Virus record (IMG/VR): IMGVR_UViG_3300012157_000001
Location: 64,001-128,000 of that record
DNA: 64,000 nucleotides
Origin: a virus
Taxonomy: Duplodnaviria; Caudoviricetes
Direction: 5' to 3' (one strand)
The notes under the pieces: generated by a model
Told to the model about the DNA's origin: nothing
The model's database searches: none
What the model saw: only the letters and a program-made list of their open reading frames with translations
Position numbers and translations under genes: made by a program
In this document: positions 57,827 through 64,000 of the stretch, one piece after another
Numbering within the stretch: the stretch's first letter is position 1
Layout of the letters: every line of letters starts with the position of its first letter

Positions 57827-58932
57827 AGATTGGACGTCGTGACGGCTCCGAGTCCGCCAGTACCTCCGATGAGCCCAGACGCCGCGCTGCCGCCGCTACC
57901 GTTCACTCCTATGACGATCGTGAACACGCCGGTTTTGATGTTGCAAAGCACGATGACGCCGCCGCCTCCGCCAGCCGCACCGTTGCCGCCGGCATTGGTG
58001 CCGTCACCGCCGTCACCGCCGTTGCCGCCGGAAACATCGAGCCACGCAGAAGGTGGAAGAGAACCGAGAAGCTCTTCATACACGATGTAGATGACGCCTC
58101 CGCCACCGCCGCCGCCTGCTCCGCCTCCACCGCGCGTGCCCGCTGGGGCAGTGCCGCCTTTTCCGCCCTTGAATCCTATTGCTTGGATGCACCCCGCTGG
58201 AGTATCGGCGTCCCGCTTGATTCTGCGCGCGTAGATCCAAATGTCGCCTGCGCCGCCCGCTCCGCCGCCCCCGCCGGCCCCAGCAACGCCACCGCTACCG
58301 CCACCGCCACCGCCGCCGGCACCGCTAGCACCACCGCGTACGGGAATGGCCCGAACCGCTGTCGTGATGGCGTAGACGACGAACGGGGACGTGAGGACGC
58401 GAAAGATTCTCGGTATGCCGGTGATGATGCCGCCGGCTCTCGCGCCTCCGCCTGCACCCGCAGTTCCGGCGCCTCCGGCACCACTGGCTCCGCCACTTCC
58501 ACCGCGGCCTCCGATGAGGTTCGTGACGATGCCCCCTAGGCCCCCGGTCGTTGCGCCGCCGGTGCCGCCGATCGTTCCTGGATTCGTACCACCGAGAGTC
58601 GAGCCGTCCACTTCTGCGAGCGCCGCGCCAGCCGTGCCGGCTGTGGCGGTCGCGCCGCCGGTGCCGCCGGTACCGGCGATGTTATTCGTGTTGATGGCTG
58701 CGATGGGTGCGACAGAGAGGTCGAGCGTGTCTCGGACGTAGATCGTAGAGAGACCAGGTTGAAGAGCGCCGGTCCCCGAGATGGTGAGGTTTTCGGCGTA
58801 CAAGTCCTGCGCAAGCAGAGTCGTGCCGGCGGCGATGGCTTGGTCGCCGTCTAGGCCACTGCCGAAGAGCATCGAGCGCGCAACGTTCGGTACGAACGTC
58901 GGGTCGATCTGTTTTCCTTGAATGAGTGGCAT
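57823..58932 (-). CDS. glycine-rich protein, probably virion-associated
   Basis: FGSGLDGD, IYVRDTLDLS, IVYEELLGS. Confidence 0.75.
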   Translation of the reverse strand: MPLIQGKQIDPTFVPNVARSMLFGSGLDGDQAIAAGTTLLAQDLYAENLTISGTGALQPGLSTIYVRDTLDLSVAPIAAINTNNIAGTGGTGGATATAGTAGAALAEVDGSTLGGTNPGTIGGTGGATTGGLGGIVTNLIGGRGGSGGASGAGGAGTAGAGGGARAGGIITGIPRIFRVLTSPFVVYAITTAVRAIPVRGGASGAGGGGGGGSGGVAGAGGGGGAGGAGDIWIYARRIKRDADTPAGCIQAIGFKGGKGGTAPAGTRGGGGAGGGGGGGVIYIVYEELLGSLPPSAWLDVSGGNGGDGGDGTNAGGNGAAGGGGGVIVLCNIKTGVFTIVIGVNGSGGSAASGLIGGTGGLGAVTTSNL

Positions 58933-58947
58933 CCGGCGCGACCCTAC

Positions 58948-59541
58948 CTATGACGACACGTCGTAAAAGAAGCTGACCTGATCCTTAGTCGCGTCAAGGT
59001 TGAAGCCGGCCACGCTCATGTTCCAATAGAGAAAGTCTCCTGCGACGACGTCCCGAAGCAACCGCGCCGTGACTCCTCCGTCGCCTGAGAAGTAGCAGTC
59101 GACTCCTACTTTCGTGCCATCGCCTACGATGTACGGGAACGCCGGGTTTATGCCCACGCCGATATATCCTCCGTTTGCTGAGGATGAAGCCGGAGTGAGG
59201 GCAACCGGCGTTGGACACGCTAGGTCCCCGTCCACCGTAGTGGTCGCAGCTGTCATGCCCTTATTCGCGGTAGTCGGCGTTGCGTTTACGGTAGGCCCCG
59301 AGGACGACGCAGCGAGCCATCGACCTGGGCCATTCAATGGTGCAAGCACCAGGTTTCCGTCGGGCGCAGCGGTGCTCTGCTTGTCCAGGCGGTAGGCGAG
59401 CTGAGCTTCGATGCAGTAGACGACCGCGCCGTCCGCGAGCGGCGTCGTGTTGAGTCCGACTACGCTCGACCCCGGGTCTCCCGCCTTCGTGAGACGCGGG
59501 CTCAGGATCATCAGCGCTGGCGGAAAGTCCTGGTAGCTCAT
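58948..59541 (-). CDS. putative structural protein
   Basis: YRLDKQSTAAPDG..VLAP..GPGRW; GDGTK..DCYFSGDGG; adjacent to Gly-rich genes. Confidence 0.6.
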   Translation of the reverse strand: MSYQDFPPALMILSPRLTKAGDPGSSVVGLNTTPLADGAVVYCIEAQLAYRLDKQSTAAPDGNLVLAPLNGPGRWLAASSSGPTVNATPTTANKGMTAATTTVDGDLACPTPVALTPASSSANGGYIGVGINPAFPYIVGDGTKVGVDCYFSGDGGVTARLLRDVVAGDFLYWNMSVAGFNLDATKDQVSFFYDVSS

Positions 59542-59590
59542 GGTTTCTCTCGTTGTGGAAGCCAGGCCAGCCGCCAAGGGTAGCGCCGCG

Positions 59591-60205
59591 ATGGAGAGCC
59601 GCGCTACTTTTGTGCCCCGGGTTCACATGGTTGATTCTTCTAGGCGCCAGGGGTCAGGTGACGGCCACATTTTGATTTCCGGCACAGGGCGCGCCGGGAC
59701 CACGCTGCTCGTCAAGTACTTCACTGCGCTCGGCTTCGATACCGGATTCACCAAAGAGCACGCGCAGTCGATCAACACGGGGCTAGAACATGTTTCAGAC
59801 AAGGAGCCGCTGCCCTACGTGATCAAGTCTCCGCACTACGCCGACCTCCTGGGAGTGTGCCTGGAGCAGCGTACCCTCGACATCAAGTGCTGCATCGTTC
59901 CAGTGCGCCGACTTTTCGATGCTGCCGAGAGTCGGCGACAAGCGGGTTTGGTTTGGCTGACCAAGGAGCCGCAACACCAAGAGGGTGTGCTCACATCGCA
60001 GCTCTACAAGTTGATCGAGGCGCTAGTCCGCCACGACGTTCCGACGTACTTCTTGCACTTTCCTACGTTCGCGGCATCGGCGGAACGCCTTTACCTGGGA
60101 CTGAAGCGCGTGCTCGACGAGCACGGAGTATCTCGCGAGGAGTCCGACGCTGCACACCGCGAAGTCGTCGATCTTCAGCTCATCCACCGGTTTTCGAGCG
60201 ACTGA
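59591..60205 (+). CDS. sulfotransferase-like P-loop protein
   Basis: ILISGTGRAGTTLL, VIKSP, IVPVR resemble PAPS-binding motifs. Confidence 0.6.
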   Translation: MESRATFVPRVHMVDSSRRQGSGDGHILISGTGRAGTTLLVKYFTALGFDTGFTKEHAQSINTGLEHVSDKEPLPYVIKSPHYADLLGVCLEQRTLDIKCCIVPVRRLFDAAESRRQAGLVWLTKEPQHQEGVLTSQLYKLIEALVRHDVPTYFLHFPTFAASAERLYLGLKRVLDEHGVSREESDAAHREVVDLQLIHRFSSD

Positions 60206-60206
60206 C

Positions 60207-60782
60207 TCAAACTCGTTTTAGCACCGTGAGACCGTTGTTGTTGGTGCGTCGCTCAGCGAGCGACCACTCTGGATGCCTACCGAGAAACTCCTCCACGGCG
60301 CCCCAGAGCCCCGGCGCTGCGCCGTCCTCACCCTTGGGGCCGAACGTTTCTGTGTCGTGCATCGCGATGTACCTACGCACATGCTCGCTGTGACGTTCGA
60401 GCTCGACCAGTAGCTGGTGATAGACGTGGTAGGTGTCGATGAAGAGGAGATCGGTCGGTTCGATGGTCAGCGTGAGCGTATCAGCTTGCTCGAACTTAAA
60501 GTTGATCTCCGCCTGCTCCGACAGCCGCTCCTGCAGCTCCAGATCGGTGCCCCGGTAGTTCCGGTTCGCCTGGTCCCTGCTCAGCAGATCGTAGCTCCGC
60601 AGTGTCCGAGGCCGTGCCTGCAGAAAGGCCCAGGTCGAGCGACCGATGCCGAACTCCGTGACGTGCGCGCACTCTTCGGCGAGCTCACACAATCGGCGCA
60701 TGTGCTCGTTGATGTCCGTCTGCATCTCGCAGGACTCCAGGAACGTGCGCTCGATTTCATCTATCGGTGCGATTGCCTCCAT
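60207..60782 (-). CDS. class I SAM methyltransferase (Methyltransf_24-like)
   Basis: TDINEH, VTEFG, DLLFIDTYH, IAMHDT. Confidence 0.8.
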   Translation of the reverse strand: MEAIAPIDEIERTFLESCEMQTDINEHMRRLCELAEECAHVTEFGIGRSTWAFLQARPRTLRSYDLLSRDQANRNYRGTDLELQERLSEQAEINFKFEQADTLTLTIEPTDLLFIDTYHVYHQLLVELERHSEHVRRYIAMHDTETFGPKGEDGAAPGLWGAVEEFLGRHPEWSLAERRTNNNGLTVLKRV

Positions 60783-60789
60783 GGCGACT

Positions 60790-61419
60790 TCACCGCGAGT
60801 AGACGGCCCAAAAGTTGTCCGGACCGGTCTCCACTCGAACGAAGCCGGCAGCCTCCAGGATACCGAGCGCGCGCCGCATGCTCGGCCAGTTCGTGTCGTC
60901 AGCGATCCAGACCGCTCGCTTGGCCATCTTCGGGAGCCACGTCGTGACATCTCGGCACGACACGAGCTCGGAGTGGTTCGAGTCAAGATGCATCAGATCG
61001 ATCGAACCGTCCTCGTAGTCGCTCAAGGCGTCGGTGGTACGCTTGCGAACGACACTAGCAAAGTCCGCCACATCGAACCGTTTCACTCCGTCGATCGTGT
61101 GGCGTACCAGCGCCTCGTAGTCCGTGTCATGTCCCCAGAGCTTCTTGTCGACGTCTGACTGCTCACCTTCCAAGCAGTCCTCGCTCGACCACGAATCGAT
61201 GCCGTCGATCCTTCCACGACCCGCGAGCTTCAACCCGAGAGCGAGCGCCACAAGGCTCCTACCTCCGTAGACGCCTAGCTCCACCGCTCGTTCGCCCCCA
61301 AGGGCTGCAGCCTCAAGAGCGATGTGCATGATGCGCTTCGCCTTGTACGGGGTGCACCAGCCAGGGAGCGAGGTGATCTGGGCATCGAGCAAAGCTTCGG
61401 CTTCAACAAAACTCTTCAT
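60790..61419 (-). CDS. class I SAM methyltransferase (Methyltransf_24-like)
   Basis: VELGVYGGRS, GIDSW, IDLMHLDSNH, IADD. Confidence 0.88.
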   Translation of the reverse strand: MKSFVEAEALLDAQITSLPGWCTPYKAKRIMHIALEAAALGGERAVELGVYGGRSLVALALGLKLAGRGRIDGIDSWSSEDCLEGEQSDVDKKLWGHDTDYEALVRHTIDGVKRFDVADFASVVRKRTTDALSDYEDGSIDLMHLDSNHSELVSCRDVTTWLPKMAKRAVWIADDTNWPSMRRALGILEAAGFVRVETGPDNFWAVYSR

Positions 61420-61422
61420 GGC

Positions 61423-62058
61423 TTACTCCGGAATGTAGGTGTCGAACTGTTCGAGAATGCGAGGCAGCACCGTGTATACGCGGGACATCCGCGGGAACGA
61501 GTGGAAACCGAGTGAAAGGTCGATCGGCGCGTAGCAGCGCGCCTCGTCTTGGGTCGCGATGAGCGTTTCGAGTGCGGTGCGCCGAACGATGTATCCGTGC
61601 GTACAGGCCGGCCATTTCACCTCGTACACCTCCCCAGAGATGTGCTTTCGATGCCTACCCTGGGTGCAACACGAGCCCACGTACAACACGTCGAAGTGGC
61701 CGGCGTCCTCCACCGCTCGATCTAAGCGCTCTCGCCAATTCTCCGGAAACTTTGCGTCGTCCTCGACGACGAAGAACAGTTGATCCGGCAGGAGCAACAA
61801 TGCCGCCCAGAGAGCTCGGTGCGAGAGCCAACAACCGGTTGGCTTCGGGCCCATGCGAAAGCCGCATCCGGGTCCCCCGTCGACCTCGTAGGGAAGCGTC
61901 GTCTCGACTCCTAGCTTGGGTGCGTTTAGCCCGTAGAAATAGGCTGCGTCTACGCCTCGCTCGGCAAAGTGCTGCCGCGTACGCTCGCCAGTGCGAATTC
62001 CCACGCCCGGCGTCTGTGCCTCGTAGCTACCGAACAACGTCACACAGACGATCTTCAT
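61423..62058 (-). CDS. glycosyltransferase family 25
   Basis: GCWLSHRALW, VVEDDA, DVLYVG, CTHGYIV, PID. Confidence 0.88.
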   Translation of the reverse strand: MKIVCVTLFGSYEAQTPGVGIRTGERTRQHFAERGVDAAYFYGLNAPKLGVETTLPYEVDGGPGCGFRMGPKPTGCWLSHRALWAALLLLPDQLFFVVEDDAKFPENWRERLDRAVEDAGHFDVLYVGSCCTQGRHRKHISGEVYEVKWPACTHGYIVRRTALETLIATQDEARCYAPIDLSLGFHSFPRMSRVYTVLPRILEQFDTYIPE

Positions 62059-62756
62059 TTGTTTGCCTCACCGTTGAATGGACGGTCGTACTTCTCCGCC
62101 CCGGGCATGCCGCCCCATTTCGCCACGTACCGATCTCGGTTGGCGACCCAGCGCTCTTGAAACCACGCGCTCTTCTCGCCCGTTGAGCCTTGGTACCCGG
62201 CATGTTCGATGAGCCATCCGTGCGTGATGCCCGAGGCATAGGTTGCGCGTCCGTAAGACGGCCGGCTCACCTCTTTGATGGGCCACTCGTCGATCTGCTC
62301 GCCCGCCAGCCGAAGCCGACGACGATAATCGGTGTCCTCCCAGTACGCGGGGTAGTATTCCTCGTCGAACTCTCCCACGCGCCGCCACACCTCCTCGTCA
62401 AGCCGATACGCCGAGAAGCCCTGCGCAGCCACCACACGGCGCGCCGAATCCATCATCCGGGAGAAGGTATCTCTGGCGACGGCGCAATCGCCGTTCAGGA
62501 TGATGATCGTGCCGACGCCGTCCTCGTCGAACACGGTGCGACAGAGCAGATTCCACGAGCCGGCACAGCCGACGTTGCGGGTTGGTCGCAGAACATCAAA
62601 GCCTGCTACAGCGCCGAGCAGGCTTTCACCATCGTCCACCACCAGCCTTCGGATCGGCGGCAGATCGCTCGCAAGCGCCGACTCGATAGTCTCCCGCCAG
62701 ACCCAGTCGGGCTCGTTGTAGCGAGTAATCCCCAACACGAACGGCGGCCGGCTCAT
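62055..62756 (-). CDS. glycosyltransferase family 2-like
   Basis: VVDDG, NVGCAGSWN, LNGD, VGEFDEEYYPAYWEDTDY. Confidence 0.85.
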   Translation of the reverse strand: MSRPPFVLGITRYNEPDWVWRETIESALASDLPPIRRLVVDDGESLLGAVAGFDVLRPTRNVGCAGSWNLLCRTVFDEDGVGTIIILNGDCAVARDTFSRMMDSARRVVAAQGFSAYRLDEEVWRRVGEFDEEYYPAYWEDTDYRRRLRLAGEQIDEWPIKEVSRPSYGRATYASGITHGWLIEHAGYQGSTGEKSAWFQERWVANRDRYVAKWGGMPGAEKYDRPFNGEANK

Positions 62757-63367
62757 CGTTTACGGTACACCTTCCAGCCGCCGTGATCTTCGAGCTCGCT
62801 GAAACCGAGAGCTTCGAGCTCTCGTTGAGCTTTCTTGGTGGTCGGCCAGTCCGTGTCATCAAATACCCAAAGGCCGCCGCTGCGCACCTTGGGAGCCCAG
62901 AGCGCGACCTCTTCGCACGACACCTCTTCAGAGTGGTTCGAGTCTTGGTGCAACAGGTCGATAGTTCCGTCTCCGTAGAACCCGACGACGTCCCGTGAGC
63001 TCATTCGAATGAGCCGTGCGTACCAGACCAGGTCTAGTCGGTAGAGCGCCTCTTGGGCGCTTCGCGCGACTACTTCGTAGTCCACCTTCTGACCCCACCA
63101 CTTGTCATTTTCGGGATCATTGGTTCCCTCCAGGGCAGCCCCTGGAGTGAACGGGTCGATGCCGTCAACCCTTCCGAAGTCATTGCGTCCGCACCGCACT
63201 CCTAGCGCAATCGCGACAAGACTTCTGCCGCCGAACACGCCTAGCTCCACGCAGAGATTTTGGTCACGTGCGAGCGCCGACAACCGATAGGCTTTTTCGA
63301 TCGTGCACCATCCAAGCATGCCCGGTAGCTCCCGATCGATAATCGCTTCGACTTCCGACCGGCTCAT
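62753..63367 (-). CDS. class I SAM methyltransferase (paralog of 60790..61419)
   Basis: VELGVFGGRS, GIDPF, IDLLHQDSNH, VFDD. Confidence 0.88.
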   Translation of the reverse strand: MSRSEVEAIIDRELPGMLGWCTIEKAYRLSALARDQNLCVELGVFGGRSLVAIALGVRCGRNDFGRVDGIDPFTPGAALEGTNDPENDKWWGQKVDYEVVARSAQEALYRLDLVWYARLIRMSSRDVVGFYGDGTIDLLHQDSNHSEEVSCEEVALWAPKVRSGGLWVFDDTDWPTTKKAQRELEALGFSELEDHGGWKVYRKR

Positions 63368-64000
63368 GGAGTGACCCATGTCATGGTGCTGAGCTCTTTC
63401 TTATCGATGCGAGCGAACCACGCTTCACAGTCTTTGATGCCGTAGGTCAGAACAAGATCCGGACCATCCTCCACGAGGCCGGCGCAGAACTCGATGCCGT
63501 AGACCTGGAAGATCCAAGACGGAGACACTGCCGCCACATTGAACTCGGCGTCGAGCTTCACAAATCGATGCAGGTAGATTCTGGTTTCAACCGCCTCGAT
63601 CGTTTCGTGGACCACACACAAGTAGCCGCCCTCGAACGCAATCGCTGCGCCGCCGCGCGCATGGTCGAGAGCGAGCGGACACGCTCTACGCGCGTCCCCA
63701 GGGATCACTACCGTGGGATCAAGCGAATAGATGAACCGGATGTCGCCACCAACGACAACCGGCATCCAGTTCTTTTCATGCGTCTGCCGGCTCTCCTGTA
63801 CGTGAGCGTGGGTGACGTTGCCGTCGCGATCGAGGTCGAGCTTAGCGATCATTCTCCGAGCAGCATCGCGGTCGCACACGGTACAGCTCCCGGCTAGCAT
63901 TGGACCTTCCGGGCCCTTTAGCGATACCAGTCGGATGTCTTCGTATCCGACGATCTTCGAGTCTTGCCGAGGTGACGGATCCAGGTCTCGCATCCGCTTG
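63364..64000 (-). CDS. C-terminal part of a beta-propeller glycosidase-like domain protein (partial)
   Basis: GYEDIRL, EKNWMP, RGG, YLHRF, IEFCAGL, YGIKD. Confidence 0.7.
   Translation of the reverse strand, partial: KRMRDLDPSPRQDSKIVGYEDIRLVSLKGPEGPMLAGSCTVCDRDAARRMIAKLDLDRDGNVTHAHVQESRQTHEKNWMPVVVGGDIRFIYSLDPTVVIPGDARRACPLALDHARGGAAIAFEGGYLCVVHETIEAVETRIYLHRFVKLDAEFNVAAVSPSWIFQVYGIEFCAGLVEDGPDLVLTYGIKDCEAWFARIDKKELSTMTWVTP

Noticed and set aside
56708-58932. PE-PGRS or collagen-like proteins
   Set aside because: No PE domain and no strict Gly-X-Y periodicity; better described as phage Gly-rich domains.

Overview
GC-rich, gene-dense segment of a large tailed phage or prophage genome. No capsid, terminase or host core genes are recognisable. 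The Thr/Gly-linker FG-GAP lipoprotein hints at a myxobacterial host (inference). About 1-41.4 kb is a + strand run of about 100 mostly small ORFs joined by ATGA/GTGA overlaps. It includes an HNH nuclease, YodL-like protein, tyrosine recombinase, N4/N6 DNA methyltransferase, 3'-5' exoribonuclease, ThyX, DUF1643, MazG-like, Lar-like, J-domain and dual-specificity phosphatase genes. About 41.4-64 kb is mostly - strand: a 1172-aa GHKL-ATPase/HExxH multidomain protein, RuvC, FG-GAP lipoprotein, Pth2 beside an atypical tRNA, ASCH, a MoxR/vWA pair, two Gly-rich paralogs and a glycosyl-/methyltransferase cluster. Most notable: (1) a ~10-aa helical tag, R-E-x-A-x-x-A-L-x-G, shared by roughly 25 otherwise unrelated small proteins, including four paralog families with variable bodies; (2) a DUF559/Vsr-type endonuclease gene nested antisense inside an in-frame insertion of the DNA methyltransferase; (3) a tRNA with an enlarged anticodon arm next to peptidyl-tRNA hydrolase; (4) a recurring TTGAC-N17-CAGCRT promoter that appears to drive leaderless mRNAs. 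All family calls come from motif recognition by eye, not from database searches.
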